Source: an uncultured delta proteobacterium
GTDB taxonomy: Bacteria > Myxococcota_A > Polyangia > Polyangiales > Polyangiaceae
NCBI GenBank assembly: GCA_963716725.1
Contig: CAVQUB010000002.1
Location: 224,001-288,000, forward strand
Direction: 5' to 3'
DNA length: 64,000 nt
The notes below the pieces were generated by a model. That model ran no database searches and was not told where the DNA came from. It saw only the letters and a program-made list of their open reading frames with translations. The position numbers were made by a program, and so were the translations under genes. Below are positions 44,122 through 54,284 of the stretch, piece by piece (positions within the stretch are counted from its first letter, which is position 1; each line of letters begins with the position of its first letter).

Positions 44122-45120
44122 ATGACCATCGCCGCTGGACCCCGAAGCCGCATCGCCGGCACGGGGGCGTATGTGCCCGAGCGGGTGATGACGAACGCCG
44201 AGCTCGAGAAGCTGGTCGACACCTCCGACGAGTGGATTCAGGAGCGAACCGGGATCAAGCAGCGACGCGTCGCCGCTGAGGGCGAAGCCGCCAGTGACAT
44301 GGCAGTCCAGGCGGCTCGCCGCGCGCTCGAAGCCGCTGGTCTCGAGGCGACCGATCTCGACATGATCGTGGTCGGGACCATCAGCGCCGACATGCCGCTG
44401 CCCGCCTGCGCGGCTTTCGTGCAACAGAAGCTGGGTTGCCCCGGCATCCCGGCCTTTGACGTCGCGGCGGCCTGCGCGGGCTTCGTCTACGCGCTGTCCA
44501 TCGGCGATCAGTTCATCCGCAGCGGAGCCCACCAGCGCGTGCTCGTGATCGGGGTGGAGCTCCTGTCGCGCGTGCTCAACTGGAACGACCGCGCCACCTG
44601 CGTGCTCTTTGGCGATGGCGCCGGCGCGGCGGTGCTTGCGCCCGCCTCCGACGACGGGCGCGGCGTGCTCTCGACTCGGCTCTACACCGACGCAACCTTG
44701 GCCGAATCTTTGTGCATCCCCGCCGGCGGCAGCAAAGAGCCGCTCACGTCCGCGGGCATCGAGGCTGGTCGGGACAAGGTGCACATGATCGGCGGCGACA
44801 TCTTCAAGATCGCCGTGCGCAACCTCACCAGCTCGTCGCGCGAAGCCCTGACCGCGGCGGGCATCGAGGCCAGCGCGGTGGACTGGGTCGTTCCGCATCA
44901 GGCCAACTTGCGCATCATCGCTCAGGTCGCGCAGCGCCTCGATATCCCCCTCGATCGCTTCGTGCTCAACATCGAGCGCTACGGCAATACCTCCAGCGCG
45001 TCGATCCCCATCGCCCTGGACGAAGCCGTGCGCGACGGCCGCGTCAAGCCGGGAGACACCGTGCTGATGTGCGCGCTCGGCGCGGGCATTTCCTGGGCCA
45101 GCGCCCTCGCGCGCATGTGA
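44122..45120 (+). CDS. fabH: 3-oxoacyl-ACP synthase III
   Basis: DTSDEWIQERTGI, AACAGF, LFGDGAGA, PHQANLRI, GNTSSASIP. Confidence 0.96.
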   Translation: MTIAAGPRSRIAGTGAYVPERVMTNAELEKLVDTSDEWIQERTGIKQRRVAAEGEAASDMAVQAARRALEAAGLEATDLDMIVVGTISADMPLPACAAFVQQKLGCPGIPAFDVAAACAGFVYALSIGDQFIRSGAHQRVLVIGVELLSRVLNWNDRATCVLFGDGAGAAVLAPASDDGRGVLSTRLYTDATLAESLCIPAGGSKEPLTSAGIEAGRDKVHMIGGDIFKIAVRNLTSSSREALTAAGIEASAVDWVVPHQANLRIIAQVAQRLDIPLDRFVLNIERYGNTSSASIPIALDEAVRDGRVKPGDTVLMCALGAGISWASALARM

Positions 45121-46100
45121 TGGCCATGAGCACGGCCTGGCTCTTTCCCGGACAAGGCACCCAGAGCGTCGGCATGGGCAAGGCGCTCCACGACGCCTCT
45201 CCGGCCGCGCGCGAGGTCTTCGCTCGCGCCGACCACGCGCTGGGCTGGTCGCTCTCGCGGCTCTGCTTCGAGGGTCCGGAGCACGACCTCACGCTCACGG
45301 CAAATACTCAGCCCGCCATCGTCACCGTCAGCATGGCGACCCTCGCGGCCATCCGCGAGGCGCTGCCCTCGCTGCCTCCACCCGCCTTGGCCGCAGGACA
45401 CTCCCTGGGCGAGTACAGCGCGCTGGTCGCCGCCGGAGCCTTGGGTCTCGAAGACGCGGTTCGCTTGGTCCACGTGCGCGGCAAGGCAATGCAAGACGCC
45501 GTGCCCGAGGGGCGAGGCGCGATGGCCGCGCTCATGGGCGGCGACTCGGACGCCGCGGCGGAGCTGTGCCGCGATGCCGCTGAAGACGGCAGCGTGCAGC
45601 CCGCGAACTTCAACGCTCCGGGCCAGGTCGTCATCGCCGGCACCAAGGCGTCGGTCGAGCGCGCGAGCGCATTGGCCGCGGCCCGCAAGCTGAAGGCAAT
45701 TCCGCTGAAGGTGAGCGCACCCTTCCACTGCGCGCTCATGGCGCCTGCCGCCGAGCGCATGCGCGCCGAGCTCGAGGCGGTCGCCTTTGGCCCCCTCGAG
45801 TTCCCGGTGGTCAGCAACGTCGAGGCTCGACCCAACGACGACCCGAGGAGAGTCGCGGAGCTCCTGGTGCGACAGATCGATGGCGCGGTGCGCTGGCAGC
45901 AGACCGTCGAGCTGATGGCCGCTCAGGGCGTGGATCGCGCGCTGGAGATTGGCCCCGGCAAGGTCTTGGCCGGGCTGGTCAAGCGGATCGACAAGCGCAT
46001 CTCGGTGCATTCGGTGGGCGACCCCGAGAGCGTGGCGCGCCTGGCGGAAGCCCGCGGTGCGTCAGGATCTTCCCGCTCGACAGCCGGCGCGGCGTGGTAA
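45120..46100 (+). CDS. fabD: Malonyl-CoA:ACP transacylase
   Basis: FPGQGTQ, GHSLGEY, VSAPFHC, EIGPGKVL. Confidence 0.96.
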   Translation: MAMSTAWLFPGQGTQSVGMGKALHDASPAAREVFARADHALGWSLSRLCFEGPEHDLTLTANTQPAIVTVSMATLAAIREALPSLPPPALAAGHSLGEYSALVAAGALGLEDAVRLVHVRGKAMQDAVPEGRGAMAALMGGDSDAAAELCRDAAEDGSVQPANFNAPGQVVIAGTKASVERASALAAARKLKAIPLKVSAPFHCALMAPAAERMRAELEAVAFGPLEFPVVSNVEARPNDDPRRVAELLVRQIDGAVRWQQTVELMAAQGVDRALEIGPGKVLAGLVKRIDKRISVHSVGDPESVARLAEARGASGSSRSTAGAAW

Positions 46101-46127
46101 ACGGGTTCCGCCCCAACGGGAGCGAAG

Positions 46128-46874
46128 ATGTTCGATCTGAACGGCAAAGTCTGTCTCGTCACCGGCGGCTCGCGCGGCATCGGCCGCGCCTGCGCGGAGG
46201 CGCTGGCTTCGCGCGGGGCTCATGTGGTGATCGGGTACGTCGGCAACGAGGCAGCGGCTCGCGAGGCGGCAGCGTCCTGCGAGGCCGCCGGCGGCAAGGC
46301 CGAGCTCTGCCAGTTCGACGTGAGCCAGACGGGCGCCGCCGAGGCCGCAGTCGCCGACGCAGCCAAGCGGCTCGGTCGACTCGATGTCTTGGTGCTGAGC
46401 GCCGGGATCTCCCTCGATGGGCTGCTCCTACGCCTGAAAGACGACGACTTCGACCGCACCCTGAACGTGAACCTCAAAGGCGCCGTGGCCTGCGCCCGCG
46501 GGGCGCTGAAGCCCATGATGCGCGCCAAGAGCGGCCGCATCATCTTCGTCTCGAGCGTGGTTGGCGAAATGGGCAACATCGGGCAAACCGCCTATGCCGC
46601 ATCGAAGGCGGCGTTGCTCGGGGTCACCAAGTCCCTGGCCCGCGAGTACGCCTCCCGCAACATCACGGTCAACGCCGTGACCCCCGGCTTCATCGAGACG
46701 GACATGACGAGCGAGCTTTCGGAGGAGGCCAAGACCGCCATGCTCTCGGCGGTCCCGCTCTCGCGCGCCGGCCGGGCGGGCGAGGTGGCCGCCGCGGTGG
46801 TCTTCCTGGCTTCGGACGAAGCGGCCTATGTCACCGGACACGCGCTCCGCGTGAACGGCGGCATGTATATGTAA
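46128..46874 (+). CDS. fabG: 3-oxoacyl-ACP reductase
   Basis: TGGSRGIG, YAASK, PGFIETDMT, VNGGM. Confidence 0.95.
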   Translation: MFDLNGKVCLVTGGSRGIGRACAEALASRGAHVVIGYVGNEAAAREAAASCEAAGGKAELCQFDVSQTGAAEAAVADAAKRLGRLDVLVLSAGISLDGLLLRLKDDDFDRTLNVNLKGAVACARGALKPMMRAKSGRIIFVSSVVGEMGNIGQTAYAASKAALLGVTKSLAREYASRNITVNAVTPGFIETDMTSELSEEAKTAMLSAVPLSRAGRAGEVAAAVVFLASDEAAYVTGHALRVNGGMYM

Positions 46875-46957
46875 TTACTGACTTTATTCAACTAGCTCAA
46901 AATCCTTACCCAACCCTGGGCGCGCCGCGGTAGGACGCGCCCCTTCTGGAGGAAAAA

Positions 46958-47206
46958 ATGGCGGAAGGCCGGAACATCGAGGCCGAGGTCAAGCGCATCA
47001 TCAAAGAGCAGCTCGACGTCGACGAAAAGGACATCAAAGCGGAGTCCACCTTCATCGACGATCTCGGAGCGGACTCCTTGGGATTGGTGGAGCTGGTCCT
47101 CGCTTTCGAAGAAGCGTTCGAGATCGACATCCCGGACGAAGACACCGAGAAGATTCGGACCGTCCAGGACGCGGTCGATTACATCGAGAAGAACGCTCCG
47201 GCCTGA
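46958..47206 (+). CDS. acpP: Acyl carrier protein
   Basis: DLGADSL phosphopantetheine site; GGAGG RBS; acidic 82 aa. Confidence 0.96.
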   Translation: MAEGRNIEAEVKRIIKEQLDVDEKDIKAESTFIDDLGADSLGLVELVLAFEEAFEIDIPDEDTEKIRTVQDAVDYIEKNAPA

Positions 47207-47290
47207 GCCCGGAGCGACCTCGGATCGGGTCGTCGTGTCAGCTGTCGAAGCTGCTGCACGGCGACCCAGGTTCGTGCCCTGGAACCTCTG

Positions 47291-48538
47291 ATGGAGCGCG
47301 TCGTAGTCACCGGAATTGGTCTGGTCACCCCCAATGGGATCGGGGCGGATGCGACCTGGCGATCGCTGATCGCCGGGGAGAGCGCCGCAGCGCCCATCAC
47401 CCTGTTCGACGCCGATGAGCGCTACCCGTCTCGCTTCGCCTGCGAAGTGAAGGGTTTCGATCCGGCCGAGCACATGGATCGGAAGAAGATCAAGGAGGTC
47501 ACCCGCTTCACCACCTTCGCGATGGCGGCGACCAAGATGGCCTTCGCCGACGCTGCCCTCGAGCTGACCGACGAAGAGCGGGACACCACCGGTGTGTTCA
47601 TCGGCGCCGGTCTCGGCGGGCTCGAGAACCTGGAGCGCAGCACGCTGGTCCTCGACAAGAAGGGCCCGGGCAAGGTCAGCCCCTATCTGATCCCCTCGAT
47701 CATCGCGAACATGGCCGCCGGCCAGGTCTCCATCGCCTTCGACCTGCGGGGACCCAGCTACGCGCACACCAGCGCGTGCTCGTCGAGCGCCCACTCCATT
47801 GGCGAAGCGTACCGCTGGATCCAGGAGGGCCGCGCCAACGTGATGATCGCGGGCGGGGCCGAGGCCACCATCTCCCCCCTGGGCATCGCTGGATTTTCCG
47901 CCATGTTCGCCCTCTCTCGCCGCAACGACGAACCGAAGCGCGCCAGCCGCCCTTGGGACCGCGGTCGAGACGGCTTCGTATGCGGGGAAGGCGCCGGGAC
48001 CCTGGTGCTCGAGTCGCTGACCCGCGCCAAGCAACGCGGCGCGCGGATCCTGGCCGAGATTTCCGGCTTCGGAGCGTCGAGCGACGCTCACCACATCACC
48101 AAGCCTTCGCCCGGCGGCACCGGCGCACAGCGCGCCATGAAGACCGCGCTCGCCGACGCCGAGCTCAGCCCCGACCAGATCGACTACATCAACGCGCACG
48201 GCACCAGCACGCCGGCGGGTGACGTCGAGGAGGCGAGGGCCGTCATCGCTTGCTTCGGCCAGCACGCTCTCGACAAGAAGCTCTGGCTCAGTTCGACCAA
48301 GAGCATGATGGGACACCTGCTCGGCGCCGCCGGCGCCGTGGAGGCCATCGCCTGCATTCGGGCCATCGGCACCGGCTCGATCCCGCCGACTATCAACCTC
48401 GAGGACCCAGAGCCGGACTTTCCCCTCGAGTTCGTGGCAAACCAAGCCCGCGAGCGCCGCGTCCGCCACGCCCTGTCGAATTCCTTCGGCTTCGGCGGCA
48501 CCAACGCCAGCCTCGTGCTCTCCGCCTTCGAGCCCTGA
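47291..48538 (+). CDS. fabF: 3-oxoacyl-ACP synthase II
   Basis: RVVVTGIG, SACSS, INAHGTST, KSMMGHLLGAAG, SNSFGFGGTN. Confidence 0.96.
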   Translation: MERVVVTGIGLVTPNGIGADATWRSLIAGESAAAPITLFDADERYPSRFACEVKGFDPAEHMDRKKIKEVTRFTTFAMAATKMAFADAALELTDEERDTTGVFIGAGLGGLENLERSTLVLDKKGPGKVSPYLIPSIIANMAAGQVSIAFDLRGPSYAHTSACSSSAHSIGEAYRWIQEGRANVMIAGGAEATISPLGIAGFSAMFALSRRNDEPKRASRPWDRGRDGFVCGEGAGTLVLESLTRAKQRGARILAEISGFGASSDAHHITKPSPGGTGAQRAMKTALADAELSPDQIDYINAHGTSTPAGDVEEARAVIACFGQHALDKKLWLSSTKSMMGHLLGAAGAVEAIACIRAIGTGSIPPTINLEDPEPDFPLEFVANQARERRVRHALSNSFGFGGTNASLVLSAFEP

Positions 48539-48556
48539 CCCTCCCAGAGCCCGACC

Positions 48557-49021
48557 ATGCAATGCCCTTCGTGCAGATCGATGGAGAGCCGCGTCGCGGA
48601 CTCGCGCCTCGCCTCGGGCGGCACGGTCACGTGGCGGCGCAGGGAGTGCGACGCCTGCAAGCGCCGTTTCACGACCTACGAGCGGGCCGAAGTGACCGCG
48701 CCGCTGGTGGTGAAGAAGGATGGCCAGCGCGTGGCCTTCGATCGGCAGAAGGTCCTGGCAAGCCTGCGTATCGCCTGCAACAAGCGACCGGTTTCACCCG
48801 ACCAGCTGGAAGAAGAAGCGGAGACGCTGGAGCGCGAGTTGTCCGAAGGCGGGGACCGCGAGGTGAGCTCGCTCGTGATCGGAGAGCGCGTCATGGATAG
48901 GCTTCGGCGCCTCGATCAGGTCGCGTACGTTCGATTCGCCAGCGTCTACAAGTCATTCCGTGACATCGACGAGTTCATGCGCGAGATGAGCGTACTCGTG
49001 CGCCCCAAGGACGGAGAGTGA
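48557..49021 (+). CDS. nrdR: Transcriptional repressor NrdR
   Basis: CPSC...DSR...RRRECDAC..RFTTYE, ATP-cone, VAYVRFASVY. Confidence 0.96.
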   Translation: MQCPSCRSMESRVADSRLASGGTVTWRRRECDACKRRFTTYERAEVTAPLVVKKDGQRVAFDRQKVLASLRIACNKRPVSPDQLEEEAETLERELSEGGDREVSSLVIGERVMDRLRRLDQVAYVRFASVYKSFRDIDEFMREMSVLVRPKDGE

Positions 49022-49027
49022 GGCCAG

Positions 49028-50155
49028 ATGGGCGACGTCGATGCCAAACTGATGGCCCGTGCCATCGAACTCGCGCAGGGCGGTGACCCTTCGCCAAACC
49101 CACACGTTGGCTGCGTCGTCGCCGAGGGCGGCACGATCTTGGCCGAAGCGTTCCACGCGACGGCGGGCCTCGATCACGCCGAGGTCGCGGCGCTGCGCGC
49201 CGCAGGCGAGTCGGCCCGGGACAAGACCCTCTACGTGACGCTCGAGCCCTGCAATCACGAGGGCAAGACCGCACCCTGTGTCGACTCCATCCTCGCGGCC
49301 GGCATCAAGCGCGTCGTAGTCGGGTGCGGCGACCCCAACCCCAACGTGCCGGGCGGCGGCGCCGATCGATTGCGCGCCGCTGGTGTCGAAGTGGTCATGG
49401 GCGTCCTCGAGAAAGAAGCGCGCAGCTTGATCCGCCCCTGGACCAAGTACATCACCGAAGGCGCCTCCTTCGTCGGCGTCAAGCTCGGGGTCTCGCTCGA
49501 CGGTCGCATCGCAACCCGCACGGGCGCGAGCAAATGGATCACGTGCCCGGAGTCCCGCACGCGCGTCCAGGCACTCCGGGCGCGCCACGACGCGGTCATG
49601 GTCGGCATCAACACCGTGATCGCAGACGACCCTCGCCTGACGGTGAGGGACGTTCCTGGCCGCAGCCCCGTCCGCGTCATCGTCGACAGCAAGCTGCGCC
49701 TGCCGGCCTCATCCCAGCTGGTTCAGAGCGCGCGCGACGTCCCGACCTGTGTCATCACCACCTCCGAAGGGCCTCGGGGTGCGGAAGAAGAGCTGACCGA
49801 GTTCGGCCTGTCGGTGATCCGCGTCGCCGCGACGGCCGAGGGCCGGTGCGACATGCGGATCGCGCTGAAAGAACTCGCAGCCCGCGAGGTCGTGAGCGTC
49901 CTGTGCGAGGGAGGAGCTGAGCTCGTCGGCAGTCTGCTCGCCTCGGGCTTGGCCGGCGAAATGCACGTGTTCATCGCTCCGGTCATGCTCGGTCCCCGCG
50001 GCCGCCCCGGCGCCGTCGATTGGGCGGGGCCCGAGACGCCCTCGGATGCGCCCCGCATCGATCCTCCGGCCTGGGAGCTCTGCGGCAACGACGCCTACGT
50101 CTCCGGGCCGGTGGTCTACCCGAAGCGCTCCGTGCGAACGACCTCGCACGGCTGA
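49028..50155 (+). CDS. ribD: Riboflavin biosynthesis deaminase/reductase RibD
   Basis: PNPHVGC, HAE, TLEPCNH...PC, SLDGRIA, SKWIT, EGG. Confidence 0.94.
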   Translation: MGDVDAKLMARAIELAQGGDPSPNPHVGCVVAEGGTILAEAFHATAGLDHAEVAALRAAGESARDKTLYVTLEPCNHEGKTAPCVDSILAAGIKRVVVGCGDPNPNVPGGGADRLRAAGVEVVMGVLEKEARSLIRPWTKYITEGASFVGVKLGVSLDGRIATRTGASKWITCPESRTRVQALRARHDAVMVGINTVIADDPRLTVRDVPGRSPVRVIVDSKLRLPASSQLVQSARDVPTCVITTSEGPRGAEEELTEFGLSVIRVAATAEGRCDMRIALKELAAREVVSVLCEGGAELVGSLLASGLAGEMHVFIAPVMLGPRGRPGAVDWAGPETPSDAPRIDPPAWELCGNDAYVSGPVVYPKRSVRTTSHG

Positions 50156-50243
50156 GTGAACCGGGCTCAGCTCGGGATTTCGGCCACGGGTCACCTCCAC
50201 TTGGACTGGCGGGCCCGAGGGCCCGTGTTAGGTTTCCCGGTGC

Positions 50244-50762
50244 ATGGCCGTCCGCGAAATCCTCGAGTACCCGCACCCCGTGCTGCGTGAAGTCGCCAAG
50301 CCCGTCGCCCGCGTCGACGGCGAGATCCGGCGGCTGGTCGATGACATGGCAGAGACCATGTACGACGCGCCCGGCGTCGGGCTCGCTGCACCGCAGATCG
50401 GCGTGGGCCAACGCGTCTTCGTCATCGACATCGCCAGCGAGGACGAACCCAGCGAGCTCCTGGTGTTCATCAACCCCGAGCTCGTCGAGACCAGCGGAAG
50501 TCAGACCTGGGAAGAGGGCTGCCTCTCGTTTCCCGGCGTGAGCGAGGAAATCAAACGCGCGGAACAGGTCAAGGTCCGCGCCCTCGATCGAGACGGCAAG
50601 AGCTTCGAGCTCGAGGCCGAGGGCCTCTTGGCCGTCGCTATCCAGCACGAGCACGACCACCTGAATGGCGTGCTCATGATCGACAAGCTGAGTGCCCTGA
50701 AGAAGCGGATGATGGGCCGAAAGCTGGCCAAGAAGCAGAAGTCCGAGGACGCCGAGGCCTGA
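50244..50762 (+). CDS. def: Peptide deformylase
   Basis: [24 protein letters not shown]. Confidence 0.96.
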   Translation: MAVREILEYPHPVLREVAKPVARVDGEIRRLVDDMAETMYDAPGVGLAAPQIGVGQRVFVIDIASEDEPSELLVFINPELVETSGSQTWEEGCLSFPGVSEEIKRAEQVKVRALDRDGKSFELEAEGLLAVAIQHEHDHLNGVLMIDKLSALKKRMMGRKLAKKQKSEDAEA

Positions 50763-50822
50763 ACTCGAGCGACTCGGCTCCTCGCCCGGTCGGCTTCGCA
50801 CTGCCCCCGACGTCGACGGGCT

Positions 50823-52685
50823 TCAGCGCGATGGGGGTCGAGTGAACAGGCTCGCTTCGAATGCAAAGCCGCGCGCCGAGAGCTCGTCCGCGATCTTGGG
50901 CACCGAACCCGAGGGGCTGAAGGTTCCCTCGACGGCGCCGCCGGCCGCGGTGCGCTCCACCGCGAAGGTGAAGACATCGCTCAGCTCGACCTCATCGGCG
51001 GCGGCTCCGGCGATCTCGGCCACCCGCAAGACTCGGAGACGTCCGTCGCGCAACCGTCCCACTTCGACCACCACGTCAAAGCTGGATGCGATGAGCTCGC
51101 GCGCCGCAGGAACGCCGCCATCGGTGCGGGACCGCGCCACGTCGGCCGACAGACGGCCCAGGGCTCGTCGCGCGTTCGCAGCGTAGACGCTGGCGACGAC
51201 GCCCGACACACCGTCCCCGATGACGTCGACGACCGTAGCGGTGAGCGCGGAGTTGGCGAGCTCGACGACGAGGCGAGCCCCCGGCACTCGCGCCGCGATT
51301 GCCAAGGTTTGCGCGGACTCGTCGCCCTGCGCCAGGGAGAGACGGGTCACGCCCTCGGCAGCCGGTGACACGTCGTCGACGTCGAACAATACCACCTGGC
51401 GCGAGTCGGTCTGCGCCGCGGCGATGGCGGCGACCACCGCGCTGGTGCCCAAGTCTCGCGGACCCGACACCAACACGTTCAGTCGCGCAGCCACACAGTG
51501 CCCGAGGAAGGTGGCGATGGCCCGGGAGATAGTGCCGCCGCGTACCAGCTCCTCGAAGGTCGCACCCACCCGGCGCACCTTCCGGATCACCAGCAGCCCG
51601 GTCGGGGCCCCGGGGCCGATCGCCGCGGACAGATGCGAGCCGTCCCGCAGCCGTCGCTCGACCGTCGTCTCGCCGTCGCCGAGGGGCTTGCCCGCCGCGC
51701 GACAGAGCCGCCGCACGACGCGGCGCAGGGCGTCTTCGGACGAGAACCCCGGCGTGATCGGCACGTGGCGACCGCCCTTTTGCGCCGAGACCGCGTCGAA
51801 GCGCGTCGCGACGATCTCGCTGACCGTGGAGTCCACCAAGAGCGGGCCGACGGGGCCGAGCTCGAAGAGCTCCGCGCGGGCTTCCTGCGAGAGCCGCCCC
51901 ACGTCGATGTCGTTGGGCAGGTCCCCCTGGCTGCGAAGCTCGTGGGCGCGTTCCTCGATCGACCGCTCGATGCGCCCCCGCGCCGTCTCGTCGATGATGC
52001 CGTCGAGCAGCGTGGGCTCCAGATCTTGAACGACGCGTCCCACCAGCGAGGCCAGAGCAGAGCGGTAGCTCCTGGTGGCACCGTCCGTCTCCGCCATCTG
52101 CCGCAGGTCGATGTCCGCGTGTGAAACGTCGATGACACTGGCGAGCGGGATCTTCTCGGAGGGGTGAACCTCCGACGGGACCTCGGGCCGCGGCGCAGAT
52201 GGCATACGCGGCGGTCCAGGAACCTCCGGGTACGCGCCGCTCGGTTCTTCGGGTTCGTTCTCGGGGAACGCGGTCGCTCCGGACTCGCTGCCAGCCGCCC
52301 GCACCGCAGCGGGAACTGGGCCGCTGCCAGTCTGCTCGCCGCTGGTGGACGGCTCGCTGGTGCCGTCCGGCATCTCTATGCGCAGGACGAAGTCACCGAT
52401 GTAGATCCGATCACCTTCGCGCACGATCGTCGCCTGGGATATCCGGCGACGATTGACGTAGGTGCCGTTGGTGCTGTTGAGGTCGGTGACGATGAAGCGC
52501 GAGTCGCGGAAGATCAGCCGCGCGTGGCGCTTGCTGACGTTGCCCTTGGGCAACATCAGATCATTGCCCTGAACGCGGCCGACGCTGATTTCGGGGCGCT
52601 CGAACACCTCGCGGCGTTCAGCACCCCCCTTCTCGCTGATCACGATGGCGAACAAAGACCCACTCGATGGCGTAGGGGAGATCAC
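50823..52685 (-). CDS. FHA domain fused to CpaF/TadA-like secretion ATPase with degenerate catalytic motifs
   Basis: N-terminal FHA 'VGRVQGND...VSKRH...DLNSTNGTYVN'; CpaF-like 'GPVGPLL.D.TVSEI', 'VIRK', 'RLRDGRLRV..VAEI', 'DVF.F'. Confidence 0.82.
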   Translation of the reverse strand: MISPTPSSGSLFAIVISEKGGAERREVFERPEISVGRVQGNDLMLPKGNVSKRHARLIFRDSRFIVTDLNSTNGTYVNRRRISQATIVREGDRIYIGDFVLRIEMPDGTSEPSTSGEQTGSGPVPAAVRAAGSESGATAFPENEPEEPSGAYPEVPGPPRMPSAPRPEVPSEVHPSEKIPLASVIDVSHADIDLRQMAETDGATRSYRSALASLVGRVVQDLEPTLLDGIIDETARGRIERSIEERAHELRSQGDLPNDIDVGRLSQEARAELFELGPVGPLLVDSTVSEIVATRFDAVSAQKGGRHVPITPGFSSEDALRRVVRRLCRAAGKPLGDGETTVERRLRDGSHLSAAIGPGAPTGLLVIRKVRRVGATFEELVRGGTISRAIATFLGHCVAARLNVLVSGPRDLGTSAVVAAIAAAQTDSRQVVLFDVDDVSPAAEGVTRLSLAQGDESAQTLAIAARVPGARLVVELANSALTATVVDVIGDGVSGVVASVYAANARRALGRLSADVARSRTDGGVPAARELIASSFDVVVEVGRLRDGRLRVLRVAEIAGAAADEVELSDVFTFAVERTAAGGAVEGTFSPSGSVPKIADELSARGFAFEASLFTRPPSR

Positions 52686-52787
52686 AAGCGGCCCGATAGA
52701 TCTGCCGAAATCCCCGGGGACCTGTCAATCACGAGCCGCCGGGGGCCACGATTATTGCAGATTCCGACGCTGAGGGACGTTTTCTCG

Positions 52788-52976
52788 TCAGGGCTCGGTC
52801 GGCCCGGACTGACCCCGGACCTCGGTGGTCACCAGGGACAGCAGTTCGCCGGCCAAAGCCATCACGTCCCGCTCGGAGAACCCGCTGCCGCGAAGCTCGC
52901 GGTAGATGGTCTTGGCGAGGATCCGCGCGGCGCGGGGGTCATTGGGGGCGGGACTGCTCTCGAACGGAAGTGCCAT
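52788..52976 (-). CDS. Small conserved-looking hypothetical protein (62 aa)
   Basis: Amphipathic helices 'ILAKTIYRELRGSGFSERDVMALAGELLSLVT'; upstream sigma54-like site. Confidence 0.6.
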   Translation of the reverse strand: MALPFESSPAPNDPRAARILAKTIYRELRGSGFSERDVMALAGELLSLVTTEVRGQSGPTEP

Positions 52977-53021
52977 CTGGATGAACCACTCTGGGGGGAT
53001 GCGTCTACGACCCCTGCACTA

Positions 53022-53037
53022 TGAAAGATTGGTGCCA
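53022..53037 (-). promoter_or_regulatory. Putative sigma54 -24/-12 promoter (TGGCAC-CAATC-TTTCA)
   Basis: Perfect TGGCAC with N5 spacing; one mismatch to TTGCW; 45 nt upstream of the 62-aa gene. Confidence 0.45.
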
Positions 53038-53167
53038 ACGACGATGGGGCGTACCAGAGCCCGTATACCCTTCCGATCGTCGCTGAGTGACGCGCCGCCC
53101 GCATACCGGCCTTCGCAGTAGGGCGCGAAGGCCACGCAGCGGCGCGAGTCGACCGAAGCGCACTGGT

Positions 53168-53530
53168 TCAACCGGAAAACGCGCTTGGCTCTGGATAACT
53201 GGTGACCAGCCGCTTGGCCGGCCGCTCGACCCCGGTGAGCAGGCTGGTCACCAGCTCCCGCCCGTCGTCCCCGAAGTAGAGCGCCTCGCCGACGTCGGGA
53301 GCGCCGGAGTCCGGGATGGCCACTCCGTTGGGCTGGAACCGAACCCGGCCGGTCAGCTTGCGCTGGAGCGCCAAGTGGGCCGGCAGCCAGGTCTCCGAAC
53401 GCCGGTCGCGCACGGCCACGCAGACCCCGTCTCGGAAGTGGTACTCGGTGTTCTTGGTCACGAACATCCGGTGGCGGCGGCGCTCAGTCGTCCGGGCGCC
53501 AAGGCGGTCTTTGGAAGCGTGCTGACTCAT
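53168..53530 (-). CDS. Hypothetical protein (120 aa)
   Basis: AGGAG RBS; globular sequence 'FVTKNTEYH....CVAVRDR'. Confidence 0.7.
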   Translation of the reverse strand: MSQHASKDRLGARTTERRRHRMFVTKNTEYHFRDGVCVAVRDRRSETWLPAHLALQRKLTGRVRFQPNGVAIPDSGAPDVGEALYFGDDGRELVTSLLTGVERPAKRLVTSYPEPSAFSG

Positions 53531-53797
53531 GAGGGGCTCCTGTTGCTGTCGACCCCGCGAGGCTGTCAGCGTGACGCCGCGCCGGCCAAGTTTCGGCGCG
53601 CCTTCCGCAAGCGCTTCGCTAACACCAACAACTTAGTCAGAGCGGCCTGCACCCCGTACCATTTGCTCGTGCAACGGCGCTCGCGCGGCCCTGGGCTACG
53701 CAAGACCACCGCTCTCCCGGTGGTGCGGCGTCGTTCCGTCGAACTCTGGCAGAGCACCGACTATCATTGGCGCCAGCTCTTCGAATCAGCCGACGTG

Positions 53798-54116
53798 ATG
53801 AGCGAGGGCGCCAACGCGTTCGGAGCCCGACGGCCCCGTCTACTACGGCTCGACGAGCCTGCTCCTGACCGTCACGTCGCAGGGCGGGCTCGTTCCCGAC
53901 GACGATCTCGAGCGTCTGCTCGCGCTCTTGCCCTACGACCCCCATGCGCGGCTGCGGGCGGTTCGGGTGGCTTGTCTCGAAGCCCAGCTGCGTTCGGGCG
54001 GCTCCTTGGGCCGCGTGCGCGCCGAGGTCAGTGTGAAACGGGACCCACGCGGCGCGCGCGTCGATATCGACGTCGAAGCCGACGTGCACGCGTTGGGCGC
54101 CGTCACGTCGGGGTAG
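53798..54116 (+). CDS. Hypothetical protein (probable frameshift near 53.81 kb)
   Basis: Protein-like frame 'EPDGPVYYGSTSLLLTV...VDIDVEADV'; ATG at 53798 is in a neighbouring frame. Confidence 0.4.
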
Positions 54117-54284
54117 CCTCGGCGCTATCTCGACACGGAGGTCAAGCCCTCCGATCCGAAGCGCAACGGTGGCAGAAGCACGCCAGAAATCCGCAATGGA
54201 GTCGCCAGCACGCAGGGATCACTTGACAGCACTGCGGCTGAGGAAGAATTGAGATGCTTACCGCGCCTTGCGCGAGACCACCGC

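Noticed and set aside
54224..54260. TTGACA upstream of the MerR-TPR gene as a MerR-type long-spacer promoter
   Set aside because: No convincing -10 at 17-19 bp spacing and no clear dyad in the spacer.
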